Shown one piece after another: positions 39,604 through 53,718 of a stretch of DNA of 64,000 bases (within the stretch, counting starts at the first letter, position 1; the number at the start of each line of letters is the position of its first letter). Under the pieces are notes generated by a model that worked only from the letters and a program-made list of their open reading frames with translations, did no database searches and had not been told where the DNA came from. A program made the translations under genes and the position numbers. The stretch comes from Eledone cirrhosa (Eukaryota). Location: assembly GCA_964016885.1 (NCBI GenBank), contig OZ024740.1, forward strand, positions 201,004,001-201,068,000. Direction: 5' to 3'.

Positions 39604-42546
39604 CTACAGGCTTATAAACAGAGAAGGCCCAATCACTCGGGCCATTTTCGCTTCATTCACCCACCTTTCAGTAAATTTACTGGGGTGCAGTGCCTTTCTC
39701 TCTCCGCCTTGATTCTCCTTCTAAAGTGATACTTAAAGAAGGGAATCAATTGTTGTCCGGAGAGAAAGCCATCTGTCCTCAGTCCTCTCAATCTCGTCCA
39801 CCATATAACCTCTTTCACCATAGCCACCGTACAGAGAAAAACCGCTTCTCTTTCGTTTTTCAAAGAGGCTGGCGGTTTGATCCTTACCATGGACTCGGCA
39901 GTCAACTGGATTTGTCCCATACGCGACAACAGTTGTTCTACATAGTTCCACAGGTAGGTTACGCCCGGGCAGTGTACAATTGCGTGCAGGACTGTTTCAA
40001 TGTCCTGTGCGCATCTTGGACACGTCCTCTTGGAAGGATCCCTGTCGGGGCGTCCGTGCCTGTAGATCTTGTCACGAACCGGTAGAGCTCCTCGGTAGCA
40101 CTGCCAGGCCAGGGACCTCTGGAAGTTGTCCATAGGTCCCGAGCAGAAAGTCCTACCAAACTGACTGGTGAGCTCATCGTCTTCGACGCCCAGAGTCTCT
40201 CCGAGCACGTCGTCGCCCTTGTAACGTACAATCCCTCTATAGAATGTCGAAGTGGAGTCTCCACTGATTGCTGCACCCGCTTTCCAGAGGACTTTGAACG
40301 CCTGAGCGCATTCAATGTGCCAGGCGCCCATCGTTTTCAGTCTTTTCTTGACCCAGGACTGCATCTCCGTCAGTGAGACGAGCTGTGGAAAAGCCTGTCT
40401 CACAAACGGTACCCATACCGGTTGGGGGTCGGTGAGGAATACCTGGAGATGCCGCAGCCTCAGCGTATGTTTGCGCATCATCAGCCACGGCATTCCCAGC
40501 CCTCCGTTGGAAGGGTACTGACAGCAGACGGATCTCTTCACCAGCGGAGCCTGCTTCTTCCACAGAAACTGGAAGAGCATCCGTTCCATCTTGGCGAGGT
40601 GATCACGAGGAAAAGGCACGACAGTCAAGCGGTAGTAGATGACGGGTGCTATGAAAATGTTCGCCACCTCCGCTCGACCTTTCAAGGACAGTTTGCACTC
40701 TGCCCACTTCTTGGTGAGTGCAAACACCTTGTCCGTGACCTCGTTCCAGTTTTTCTCCACCTGGAGGTCTGGACCAAACCAGACCCCAAGCAATTTCACC
40801 GGTGCGTCCATCCAGCGTCCAACGACGCTGTCGGACGTCATCGGTTTGCCTCTCCACGTACCGAGTTGCAAACCGACAGACTTGTCCGAGTTTAGTTTTT
40901 CTCCCGATAGCGTTTCGTATTCTTTCAGTAAGTTGCCGATCACCCCGATTTCCGAGGTGCTCGACAACATTACCGTCACGTGGTCGGCATAAGCCGACGC
41001 CGCTTTGCGCAGTCCCGGTTCTAGAGGGATGCCCTGCAACAGCTCCAATTTCCGCAGTAGTGGCTATAGAGTCAATACATACAGAATGGAGGAGAGAGGG
41101 CACCCCTGTCGAATGGAACGCGTGATTGCGAACGGCTCCGATAGGTAGCCGTTCACCTTGACTCTCGAGCAGATGCTGGTGTGCATCGCCTCCATCCAGC
41201 CTCTGAACACGGCACCGAAACGGCCGCCTTTAGAACCGCTTCCAAGTATCGATGGTCGACCCTATCGAATGCCTTAGACTGATCCAAATTGATCAGAGCC
41301 CCACCGAAGCCGGGTTTACTACCCACCCTCTCTATGATGTATCGCATGAGGTGGCGGTTGTCGTGTATGGACCTGGTCGGGATTGCACACGTTTGCGCTT
41401 TCCCTACCAGGTTCTCGACGACAAACGCCAACCTCGTCGCTAGCACCTTGGCCAAAATATTTAACTCTGTGTTGAGCAGAATTATGGGCCTGAAGTTGTT
41501 AATTTCGTCCCCCTTGTTCTCGTCTTTCCTGATCAGCGTTACTACGCCCTTGCCTGAAGAACTAGAAATTCTCCCGTTCTGCTGCCAATTGCAGTAGACG
41601 GCTTCGAGGAGGCCAGAGAACAAGTCCGACATGCCGATGTAAAACTCGTAGGGTAGACCATCTAGACCTGGTAACTTGCGTTTCCCGCAGCGGCCCAGAG
41701 CGTCCCGTATCTCAGTGTCCGTGATCGGTTTTCGCAGAACTCGGCGTCCGTGTTCGAGAGACACGGCAGGCCGTCGAGGTATGAACTAAAGTCCATTGCC
41801 CCGTTCGGCTCACCGTCGTTCTGCATTCTATCACGGTTAACTAAGCAGACGACTAACTTGTGATCTGAATAGGCAACCATGTGCATTCGTGGACAGCTTA
41901 ACATCTCCTTGTCCCTTTCTCTAATGAAGAACCTATCTAAATACGATCTAGATGTCCCGCTGCGGTTTGCCCACGTCCACTGTGGTGCAGTCGGGAAATC
42001 CAGTCGATACCTATCGGCCAGTTGGAATTGGCCGATTAAAGTTTTGAGGTTATTGCACCCCGCTCTACTGTGACATGCTCCCACATAGTCCCATCGTGCA
42101 TCTAGGATACCATTCCAGTCCCCCACTAAAAGTAAGGAGCGAGACGTTCCCAGAAAAGACTCTAGACGCTTAAAGAAGTCTGGCCGTGATTGCAATTGCC
42201 CGGTCGGGGCATAAACGGCTACCAGTCTGAAGGCTCCACCTCCAATACTGTTCACGTCTAGGACTACCAGTCTACCCTCCGGTTGCAAGTGTACTTGCTG
42301 TACGTCAACGTCCAGGTTCTTCCGAAACATGACAGTCACTCCACCTCCACCTCCTGTCTGACAGAGAGATGCGTAGATCTCAAAGTCGTCGAAGATGGAG
42401 GTTAGTTGCTGCCTGTTGTGGATCCTGGACTCGGTGATGGCTATCACATCCATACTGTGTGATCTAATGTCGTTTAAAAGTTGGCCCTGTTTCCAGGGAA
42501 TCCCTAGGCCACGCACATTCAGGGTTCCAACTCGTAAACTAGCCAT
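39604..42546 (-). pseudogene. LINE ORF2 (APE-RT-CCHC) with frameshifts and a probable internal deletion near 41825
   Basis: GTLNVRG, VYAP, GDWN, SYLDR, SDH; PGLDG, DQSKAFDRVDH, AYADH; CPRC..ETVLHAIVHC. Confidence 0.92.
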
Positions 42547-42664
42547 GTTGGTGAAGAAAAGTTGGAGAAAAGGGACGAAAAGGTGCACTTACCTTTTCGT
42601 TTCCTGGAGATCGGGTTGTTCAATCTCCATTTGGGTCCTGTGAAAATCTATTTTTTAGGTCACT

Positions 42665-44396
42665 CTAGGTCTCCATAGAAACCCTTATAAGTTTAAGGTG
42701 TGGAGACGATTCTGCCTTGACGAAAGTTTTGCCCTCCGTCTCCACCTTGGGGTTTTGGGAGATGACCTCCATCAAACTCTTGTTGTTTGTGTTGATGTAT
42801 GCGTATTGTTGTTTGTGTTTTTGTTGTGTTGTTTTAGTTTGTTGTTCGTCCGGGAGTTTTCTTTTTATGGTGGGTGCTTGTGTTTGGGGTGGTGTTAGTG
42901 TTGGTTTTGCTGATAGGGGGATGTTTGACTGTGGTGTTGTTTGTGTTGTTGTTTGTGTCTGTGGTTGTGTGTTGGTGTTGGTGATTGGAGTTTTGGGGGT
43001 TTTGTGGTGTCTCTTTTTTTTGTTTTTTAGATTTCCGCGACTCTCCCTCTTCTTCACTTAAAGAAGGAGAAGCAGCTTCATCCGTCGATGAATAATCATC
43101 GTCAGGTATGTGGGGTAGGGGAATGTTGTGTGGTGGTGGTGTTTCGGTGTGTGTGTTTGTGGTAGTGTTTGATGGAGTGGGGCTGTGTTCTTCAGGGGTG
43201 TTGTCTCTGTTTTTTTCTGTTGTTGTTGGTTGAGTGTCTGTTTGTTTTAGTGTGGTTGCTCGTTTCGTCTGTCGTTGTACTTGTGGTGGTGGTGGTTGTT
43301 TTGGTGTTGGTTTGGTAAGAGTGTTTTTTTAATGATGTTGTTGTTTTGTGTTTGTGGACAAGAGGCTTTTAGGTGTGCTGTGCTACCACAGCGAAAACAA
43401 TGAAATTTTCGTCCTTCTACCGAAATGTTTATTTTGTTGTTATCATCGATGACGACTTTTTCGGGTATTTTGGAGATTCTCTCTGGTTTCATTTGCAACA
43501 GAATCTCCAAATCATACCCGACCACCTTTGTCGAATAGATTTTCGTATCGAAAGAATCATACCAGTTTCTGGCTCTACGAAGCCAGCCAAGATCCACGAG
43601 ATGTTAATGTTCGGGGGTATATATATTTTTTTTGTGTCCTTTTTCCCATGTATGTAGGGAAAAAGGTGTATGCTTTTGACACCATTGGTGTCACAGAATA
43701 TTTTTGGGCGAGTGCCTCGCTTTTAAACAGTACGGAAACATGTCCCTACTGTTTTCCTCGCTGGAGAAAATCAATATTTGCTAGAATTTCCTTGAAAGTA
43801 GCTTCTGCTTGGTTAACAAATGTCAGCTTTCTTGTGGAATTTGACACAGTCCTAACGGTGACTGATCTGCGAATTGTGTCTTCCTTTATTTCAAGGGGTG
43901 AGTTAATTCTAAACCCACCTTTTTCTTCGAAAGTTACAAATTTTCTCCCTTGCTGGAGTATATCTCTTGCGTTGGAGATATCAAGATTTATAAAATCTTG
44001 ATTTTTGTTCACTGTTTCAGCGAAAGACATTTTCTTTTTTTGTGTGGTGTTGCTGTTGTTGTTGTTGTTGTTGTTATCGTTGTTAGCCTCGGTGTTGGAA
44101 ATCTCAGTTTCTTGACGAGGTGAAACATTATGTGTATCTGTGGAGTTGTTGATGTCTTTTTCATGTGTATGTATGTTAATGGGTTTAATTCCTGTGTTTT
44201 TCTGTGTGTTATTGTTAATTTTCTCCGCTTCGACGGTAGAAAATTTAAAATCTTCAAGTGGTAATATTGTTTCCTCTTTGTTGACAGTCGTATCTATGGT
44301 GCCCTCGATAGTAGCAGAAGCAGATATAACGTTAATATCTGCCTCTTTCTCTCTCTTTTCTCTATTGACGTTATCCAGCGTTTTTGTGTTGTTCAA
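42665..44396 (-). pseudogene. LINE ORF1 (gag-like, CCHC knuckle), frameshifted
   Basis: EGRKFHCFRCGSTAHLKASCP; low-complexity N/T/Q/P regions. Confidence 0.8.
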
Positions 44397-44607
44397 GTTA
44401 TTTAGTTTGTAAAATTTGGTATTTTAAAACAATTTTTAAAATAAAATGTTCGCCCCTAAAGGGGCGAAAAATGGGATTATCACTCAGCTGACAATTCAGC
44501 TTGGGGGTTAATCTACAAAATAATATATTTTCTCAAATAATTTGTTTTGTTTTTCGTATATAAATTAACAAAACATCTTACCGGCGATGTTTCGCGCGTC
44601 AGACAGC

Positions 44608-44672
<65 letters not shown>

Positions 44673-44673
<1 letters not shown>

Positions 44674-44959
44674 TCTTTCTTTATTTGCCACAGGGGCGTA
44701 CAAAAATGGGACATTACAAGACGTGGCGGCGGGGGTTTTACATAACAATAACTTTAACATTAATAAATAACAATAAATTATATATAATAAAATAACAATT
44801 TTACACCCCGTGGATAGAACAACCCTCAACAGCAGCAACAGGTTTTGTAGGTGTTCCTGTCTTGCCTCTGTATATCTTCCTCAACCTACAGGTTTATAAA
44901 CAGAGAAGGCCCACTCACTCGTGTCATTTTCGCCACATTCACCCACCTTTCAGCGAATT
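44673..44959 (-). mobile_element. 5'-truncated 3' end of a related Tx1 copy between (GATA)n tracts
   Basis: Similar to 39371-39680. Confidence 0.85.
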
Positions 44960-44960
44960 T

Positions 44961-45055
<95 letters not shown>

Positions 45056-45248
45056 GGGTGTCTTGTACTACGCTGTCCAACATGCCGTTTCATCTTCAAG
45101 ATTGTAGGAGGGATATTTGGTTGAATTTTTAGCAATTCGAAGATACTACATCAGCTTGTTTACGAGCAGGGACTTTTCATTTTGCGGTAACAAGTTTTCA
45201 GTTTCTGACTTGTTACGGTGGAATTGTTTGAAGATCACTCTCAGAAAA

Positions 45249-45545
45249 TCTTCTTCTTCTTCTTCTTCTTCTTCTTCTTCTTCTTCTTCTTCTTCTTCTT
45301 CTTCTTCTTCTTCTTCTTCTTCTTCCTGAGAGGGTTGTGGGGGCAGAGTCTTCAAACACTCCTTCCAGCGGGTTTGTTACAAGCAACCGTCTCCAACTGA
45401 TCAGGTTGGATCCCAAGAGAAACCAGCCAAGTTCATGGATGTTATCGAACCATCTTGCTGGAGGTCTACCCCTAGGTCTCCTGCCGGTTGGGTTTGCCTG
45501 TAAAATCTGTCCAATGATTCTTACCTGAGACATTCTAACCATATC
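45249..45545 (-). mobile_element. RTE-type LINE 3' end with (GAA)n tail
   Basis: GRRPRGRPPARWFDNI followed by (GAA)n; shorter opposite-strand copy at 45648-45806. Confidence 0.75.
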
Positions 45546-45679
45546 TATCTATATATTGATCAAATAACTAAAACACTCAAATTAGAAACTGACGAAGATC
45601 TATTTAATTTTACAGTTTATAGATATTATAATATGGGGACAGTGTCCTGGGAGGAGTGTTTGAGGACTCTGTCCCGACG

Positions 45680-45776
45680 GAAGAAGAAGAAGAAGAAGAA
45701 GAAGAAGAAGAAGAAGAAGAAGAAGAAGAAGAAGAAGAAGAAGAAGAAGAAGAAGAAGAAGAAGAAGAAGAAGAAG

Positions 45777-45807
<31 letters not shown>

Positions 45808-46007
45808 TGAAGGAGGAGGAGGGGGGGTGAGGAGGAGGAGGAGGAGGAGGAGGAGAAGAAGAAGAAGAAGAAGAAGAAGAAGAAGAAGAAGAAGAAGAAG
45901 AAGAAGAAGAAGAAGAAGAAGAAGAAGAAGAAGAAGAAGAAGAAGAAGAAGAAGAAGAAGAAGAAGAAGAAGAAGAAGAAGAAGAAGAAGAAGAAGAAGA
46001 AGAAGAT
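45680..46007. repeat. (GAA)n/(GGA)n polypurine tract
   Basis: Direct run. Confidence 0.95.
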
Positions 46008-48572
46008 ATTTCATTGGAGGTTACTATTGACATTCATCTGCCATATTTTAATCCATTATTCCATTATTCTCATATTCTCACATCAGAATAAATAATTGTC
46101 ATCATGTGTCAGAGTTATATTTTTACACCCATCATCTATTTTTCCACGTTGATGCCTCGTATTCATAATGGAGTGGCTCTAATAAAAAGGGAATGAAAGA
46201 AATCCTATTTTAGGTATACCGTATTTGAAACTTATAAACTGTTATATTCTATTATGTGTAAATACCAAAATTTGGGAGTTTCCATGTAATTTATTGAGTT
46301 CACCAAAAGATTCAGTAGAGTTCAATAGTTAATATATCAACATTTGTCACACTTCAATGATATTTTGCTTAGACTCTTGTGAAGGTGCGTGGCTTAGTGG
46401 TTAGGGTGCTCCGACTCTGTGCCTTCTGAGTTCAAGGCTCACCTCCTATCACCAATAACATAATAATTGTTTCCATTTTGGGCATAAGGCCAGCAATTAC
46501 CCAGTGCACTACTGGTGTTTTATTTTATCGACCCCATAAGGATAAAAAGCAAAGTTAATCTTGGCGAGATTTGAACTCAGAAAGTCAATATGACTTGTAT
46601 AGGGCCCTAACTATCAAAGCACCTAAACCTTACGTGGCTAAACCTACGTAACTGTGAGCGGTAAGAGCAGCAACAACAACAACAATTAACCTCTGTTTTG
46701 TTTCTCGCAAACAAGGCAATTAGCCTTTTCACTAGTATCATTGGTGGTAATAGTTGTATAGAGCCTCATCATGTTGAGTAAAGGAACCCCACATTGGTTT
46801 CTGTCTTCGTATGCCTGGAGTGGATGAGTCGTGGGTGAATGGTTAGGAGTTTCGTCTCACAATCATGAAGTTTCAGGTTCGATCAAACTGCGTAGCATTT
46901 TGCGCAAGTGTCTTTTATTGTAGCCTTATTTTGACTAAAACATTGTAAATGAAATTGGGTAGGCAGAATTTGATTGGAAGCCCGTAAGATGAACGTTACC
47001 TATAATTCATCGAGCCTGTCTCGTTACAAACCGTGTCACTATGAATCTACCTGTCATCAGTACACGTGTACACGTGTCTATGGAATACTCGACTATTGAC
47101 AGTTTAATAAATAGGTTAATCCGTCGATTGAACAACTAAAATATTCATCGTCGAAGCCGATGGAGTTCCAGTTACCTTTTACTTTTGTATCTAAAGCAAA
47201 TCAGTTTTGCTGAAAGGTATTATTTTCCTAAACTAAGCAGTTGACCAGAGGCAGTTCACGGTGACTTTGTAGACGAAGCACAAATTGTACTTATTTTCAA
47301 GTGATGGATCTTCCATTGATTTCAACGATGAGCATTTAGCTATTATATCAAATGAGTTGTTTACTCGTTAAGGTATGTTATGGTCCTGTAATTCCTGATG
47401 GATGCGTAGGGGCGCCGTGGTGGCATACCACGTTTCTTGGGTATTTTAAACCTGGCAGAGCCCATCTCCAATTCTGAACACAGCAGACTTGTCCCAGAGA
47501 AGGGTAGAGTGAGAAAATGGAAGTGAGAAAGATATATAGAGAAAGAATTACTAGACTGGTAATTGTTTATCGACTTCGAAAGGATGAAAGGCAAAGTTAT
47601 ATTAACGTGTAAATGACTGAGTATTCTACAAACACGTTTTGCTTGATAAAATATGTGATAAAGCTGAACTTTAAACAACAGAGTTTATCGTATTGGAGAC
47701 AATTTAATCGACTTTCCTCTCTCCTTCAAATTGTGCCAAATGTAGAAACAATTATTTAGCTTGAAGAAAGACATTTCACAAAATCTCTTATAACCTTTGA
47801 TTATATGATGCTAAAAATACAATAGCAATACATTCTTTTGGAAATATCGTAAAAGAAGGGTTAATTTGCCTGCTTAAATTCTCCATAAAATATGAACTGG
47901 TGATGTTCACACTTGGTCATGAAGTCACGTGGTCAGCTAGTTAGGCTGTTAGACGCCTGATCATAAGGCCGTGAGTTAGAAATACCAATAGAAATAATGT
48001 TTTCTCGCTTCCTTTCCTTGACCATTCTACCGTTATTGACTCAATGGTGTACTGGTAACAGACAAGAATGGACAAAATGGTATTTTACTCTTGCATTTAA
48101 CGCCGATGCTTAAATGTGTACAAAAATATCTTGCAAAAATATATCAAATATTTTTTTAAAAATTGAAATCTAATTATTTGTTGCAAGAGAACAGTTTTCA
48201 AAAATAGAACATTTTCGTTGCGTTTTACAATTTCATAAAAACAAAATTACAAAACAACCAAAAGAATTAACCCTCAACTAAAAGTAAATAAAACATGATA
48301 ACAACGCCAACAAAATAGCATCGTAATTAAAAACAATCAACGACGAAGGATTTTATTATGATTATAAAACTTTCGTTAATTGAAATAAAATTTAAGATCT
48401 AATTTTAAATGTCTAACGAAGTAAATAATTAAATAAAATTCGATGCAAATTTAACGAGATGCGAACATAACCAATGATATATGGGCAATCTCTACCCATA
48501 ATTAACTCTTCCAAAACAACAACGATGAAAACGTCAATAATTACTGAGTGTGGTGGTCTCATAGAAATGGTA

Positions 48573-48609
48573 GTCTCTCTCTCTCTATCTCTTTTTCTCT
48601 ATCTCTATC

Positions 48610-48664
<55 letters not shown>

Positions 48665-48708
48665 CTCTCTCTCTCTATCTATCTCTCTATCTCTTTCTTA
48701 CTCTTTCC

Positions 48709-48752
<44 letters not shown>

Positions 48753-48780
48753 CTCTCGCTCTCTCTTTCTTTCTCTCTAT

Positions 48781-48859
<79 letters not shown>

Positions 48860-48863
48860 TCTC
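48573..48863. repeat. (CT)n/(CTTT)n polypyrimidine tract
   Basis: Direct run. Confidence 0.95.
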
Positions 48864-50785
48864 GACAGTAAAGGAGACGGAGGGAAATGTCTCTGATACA
48901 GACGATAAATATCGCGTTTGTTAACAATATATCTGCTACTGCTGCTGGTGGTGATAATAATGATGATGATGATAATGATAACCATGGTGTTGATGACGGT
49001 GGTGACAACATGGCTTCTACTGTTGTTTATGTAGTAACTATTACCTAACTTTCTAAAAGCAGACATAGCTCTTTATCATTTAATACCCACCAGAACACTA
49101 CTACAGCGACAAGAGCAGCTGTGTGACATCTATATGAGGTTATCGCTGGTTAAATGTTATATTATACACACATGTATACATGCTTATGTCCACGTGCATA
49201 TATGCTCACACATTAAACTTATATGCATTTACATACAGAGAGAGAGAGAGAGGGGGGGAGAGAGAGAGAGAAGGAGGGGGGTCGTTTATATTACGTCAAA
49301 AACATTAGAAAAAAAAGCTAACAGAAAACATTGTAATAATTGTTTCTACATTTGGCACAAGGCCAGCAATTATCACAGTGTATTACTGGTACTTTATTTT
49401 ATCGACCCCGTAAGGATGAAAAGCAAAGTTAACCTTGTAATAATGATATATTAGTATATAACACATTGTAATAATTGTTTCTACTCTAGGCACAAGGCCA
49501 GCAATTACCCAGTACATTACTGGTACTTTTATTTTATCGACCTCGTAAGGATGAAAGGCAAAGTTAACTTCGGCGGATTTGAACTCAGAACGCAAAGGGC
49601 CATAACTATGCTGCAAAACATGGTGTCTGACGCTCTACTGATACCGCTTTAATAATGATATATTAGTATAAGGCTTAAAAGAAATTAAAAAAAGATTCTT
49701 AACGTTTGAGACGCCTGTCTTTCATCGGATGGTAGATTGAAAGGGAAGTGAGGATGTTTGGGAGAGAGGAGGAAAATGTAGATCAACGAGAAAAAGCGGA
49801 AAATGGAGGAAAAAGAGCAAACAGAAAAAATAACATGTTTAGTTACATGTCAGCTATCTGAGACAAAATACATAAATGTGTGTGTGGTGTATGTGTGTGT
49901 ATGCGTGTGTGTATGTGTATGTATATGTGTGTATGAGAGTGTGTATGTGTATGTGTGTGTATGCGTGTATATGTATGTGTGTGTGTGTATGTGTGTATAT
50001 GTGTATGTGTGTGGTCCTTTCCAGTAATTTTTTAGGATTCTGTGCCTCTGAAAAGATGAAGACACATACATCAGTATGTCAAGACTCCACTTCCCAGACA
50101 CCAACGCCACTCCAACAGCGGACTCAGCGGCAATAGCCATGGGGAATCGTGACTCTTTCCACCTTTACATGCAATAAAATTGCAGAATGGTGGTATTTCA
50201 TTGTCACGAATGTTGTTGTTGTTGCTGTTGTTGTTGATATATTATATAACCCTTACTATTGTTGTTGCTGGTGTTAATGACGTTGTTGAGCAAATGAGAG
50301 TAAGCTACACTTGTGAGTTATTTATAAACCCTGGAAGGATGAAAGGCAAATGTAACCTGGATTTGAACTTGGAAGACAATGGACAAAATAAATACCAAAT
50401 AATAGTAGTAGTAGTAGTAGTAGTAGTCATTTAACTCAACACTGCCAGACTTATTGACAACAGATAGTTCTGCCAACTTGCCTGGCTCTCTTCAGTTTCC
50501 GTAATAACACTTGGAAAACTATTATTGTTCAATAGTTTATCGATTTTTTTTTTTTTTTTTTTGTTAAATACAGACTAAACTGGATTGTGATGGTCTCTGA
50601 TGTAGGCCCAATGCCAACATTTTTCTTTTTTGTGAGAGGGGAGTCGATTAAATCGACCCCGGTGCGTTACATTATAGACCCCCATAAAAATGAAAAGCAA
50701 AGCTAGTTGCATCGGGATTTGAACTCAAAACGAAAAGGGACGTAACTATATGTCGCAACACTCTTTGCCGACACTGCCAATCTCC

Positions 50786-52480
50786 CGCCACAAGGACCGA
50801 AACATGCGGGATAATACGAAAGACAGGGACAGCGGAGATTTACAAAATATTGAAAACGTGTAAAGAAATAATTGTTTCTATTTTTGGCACAAGGCCAGGA
50901 ATTATCCAGTACATTACTGGTACTTTATTTTATCGACCCTGTAAGGATGAAAGGCAAGGTTAACCTCGGTGGCATTTGAACTCAGAACGTAAAGGGTACG
51001 TAACTCATTGATGCAAAGTATGGCGTCTGACCCTCTACTGATACTGCCAATCCACCAGCCTGTAAAAAAATAATATAGATATCAATAAACAATAAGTTAA
51101 TAACAATAAAATATCCTCCAACAGATCCTAAATCACCCTAATCTCCAATAGCAACATGGGAAAGTGCCACCCTTCTCTCCAAACTCTCCACAGTTAAGAG
51201 AGAGAAGGGGGGGATTACGTACTCTCCGGTTGCTGTTGGAAATCAGGTGATTCGACTTCCATGTCTGGTTGATGGGGTTCCTTCTGTAACCCCTTTAAAA
51301 GATTACTTGTGCCTTTTACATTAGGAGTTGCCCTAACGTTTCTTTAATAATTCCAGAGGGACATGCGAACCATAATCAAAGTTTGTGGCATTTTGAATGT
51401 TCCGGTTTGAAAGAGCTCCACTCCTTTCTTTCTGAATGTCTTCATGTCGTGTTATGACGGACATTAGTTTATATATCACCGCTAACACGAAGTTTGGTTA
51501 TCTTCTATTGTTTTGCTGGTTGTTTTGTGTGTGTGGACGTCTTTTCAAAGATGGGAGGATTTTCGGCAAAAACACTTTTAAAGTACCACAAGTCTAATGA
51601 TCGTGCGCATGTCCCTACAGATACACAAAAGCATGAGAGAGAGCTTTCTTGTTTCTTTTTTTTTTTTTCTTGGTCTTTTGGGGTTCCACATTTTCTTCGT
51701 TGCGAGAAGAGGAGGTTTCTGTGTCTGAGCCATTTGACCCAGATGGATATTGTGGTGTGAGTGTGTGCGTGTGTGCGTGTGTGTGTTTGGAAGAGGGGAG
51801 AGGAAGAGCTGCGTTGGGAGTCCCTCTGGGCGGTTTTTATGATCCTTGCTGTTGCTGTTGGTGGTGATGGTTCTGTTGTTGCTCTTTGTGGTGGTGTTGG
51901 TTTTGCTGGTGCTGGTGCTGGTGTTGGTGCTTCTATTGTTTCTGTTGTTGGTTTTCTGGCCGAAGTGACAAGGTTCGTGGCGGAGAACGTGTTGCAATGG
52001 TTGTGGGGTGGTGATGCTGATGTTGGCGACTGTGTTTGCGTTTGGGTTGTTGTATTTTGTTGTTCTTGTGAATGTGGTGACTTTGAGGCGAGAAGTTCTC
52101 TTCGTAATCTTCACGTGCAGAGTTGTTGATGCTTGTTATTGTTGCTGCTGCTGTCGTTCTATGATGATTGGATGTTGTGTTTTGTGAATAGTCCGCTGTT
52201 TTTGTTGTTTGTACGGTTGTTGTAGGTACTGTTACTGCTGTTGTTGTTGCTGTTGTTGCTGCTGGTAGTGGTGGTGTTGACAGTAGTGATGTTCCACACA
52301 TTTGAATACAGCGAACAAATATTTGTCGTCCGCCATCTTATATAATAGCTGTTCGACACAACTCCACAAATCAGAAATCACGGACACTGGACGAGTGTAT
52401 GCAGAACGATTTCGTCGCTCTGTGCATATCTATGACAACATAGAGAGACTTACACCCTCAGGCAGATATCGACAAATTAT
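50786..52480 (-). mobile_element. Tx1-related element with ORF1 remnant and 3' UTR but no ORF2; interrupted by a SINE at ~50866-51060
   Basis: 50786-50865 resembles 39381-39455; low-complexity T/N/P coding remnants; SINE flanked by tgtaaa(g/a)aaataat. Confidence 0.55.
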
Positions 52481-52599
52481 ATTTCAACTGAAAATAGGGA
52501 GGCTGCGCGTAGAAGATTATATGTGGGCAAGGTACAGTGTACAAGGAAATATCTTGATGCTAGTAAAAGGTGCTATTGATAGTATTTCAAGGTGAGAGG

Positions 52600-52975
52600 A
52601 TAGTAGGTGATAGAAAGGAAAAAATATAGTCCTCAAAACAAGAAATCAACGATATGAGCAGAAAAAAATTACACAGAAAATTAGAAACATTGTTGTGAAA
52701 TATTGAAGAACTTCGAAATGAGAAATCATTCTAGTAGCTGAAGAGAGAGTAGGGAAGTTTAATCTTAGCCGCACAAGATCAAGCAATCAGAACGAGATAT
52801 ATCTGAGAGGACATAGATTAGGAAGATATTTCGGTTGCATATAGAATGTGCCGTAAGAGAAAACAGGCGGTGACACAGTCTCGGAATGCGCGATGCTTGC
52901 TCATAAGTATTAAAAACTGAATGACAAATATGCTACAATCTTATATTGACGAATGTGTAAAAAAAGGTTTGAATT
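52600..52975 (+). mobile_element. R4-like non-LTR fragment (CCHC region)
   Basis: LILAAQDQAIRTRY...RMCR...SECAMLA. Confidence 0.6.
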
Positions 52976-53261
52976 TGAAGGAGGTATGTATTGAGTGGGT
53001 AAATGTGTATATATATATATGTCCTATTGTTCATGAGTGTGTCAGATTAATTATAGATGTGACATATCGAGGGAGTAAAAGTTAGGAGACGGTGTTCAGA
53101 AGAAAGAGAGTATAGGTAAGGTATTTTTGTACCTTATATATATGGACTTAATGTTACAATTCTGTTGCAGAGGGTATTTGTCCTTTATCCTGCAAGAGCA
53201 TTTTGTGTCTTGTCGATACTACTGATTTCATATAACTATATATATATATATGCGTATGTTT

Positions 53262-53294
<33 letters not shown>

Positions 53295-53540
53295 TAGAAA
53301 GTGAGGTTTTTTTACAAAATGAAAAATAACCGAGGTGTCCTACACGGGTGGAAGTATAAAGAAAAAGAGATGAAATCGAAAATGCAACTGAAGTCTTATG
53401 TGAGAAAAACCACAGACCCTCCATCTCAACTCACCTTTTGAAAAGCAGAAGAACTGCGAAACCGGTAAAGGAACCAAATAAATATATATATTTTTTAAAA
53501 AAATAAGCCTTCAGTTGCATTTTCGATTTCATCTCTTTTT

Positions 53541-53545
<5 letters not shown>
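53295..53545 (+). mobile_element. Inverted/direct pLTR element in (TA)n
   Basis: Same family as 15363, 18560 and 22805. Confidence 0.8.
53434..53471 (+). ncRNA. Minimal hammerhead, U3-A8 variant
   Basis: cctt-TTGAAAA-gcag-aagaa-ctgc-GAAA-ccgg-TA-aagg. Confidence 0.82.
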
Positions 53546-53613
<68 letters not shown>

Positions 53614-53718
53614 TACACACATAGTCAGACGTAACTCGCACGGTATGCAAATGAGACTACTCAGCCGATGTCTACTTAAGAAAATACTATATATTTTCAA
53701 CCGTTCAACAGATAAGCA

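Larger units (their letters stand above)
39371..44609 (-). mobile_element. Near full-length Tx1/L1-clade LINE flanked by (GATA)n
   Basis: ORF1 zinc knuckle, APE endonuclease, RT, CCHC; 3' AATAAA followed by (TCTA)n. Confidence 0.92.

Noticed and set aside
44565-44608. CTGACGCGCGAAAC at the LINE 5' end as a hammerhead
   Set aside because: It lacks helix II and helix I; only a simple aaacatc/gatgttt hairpin is present
49693-49735. CCGATGA-aagac/gtct-CAAA hammerhead remnant
   Set aside because: It has two core defects and no helix I, so it is too decayed to list as a feature
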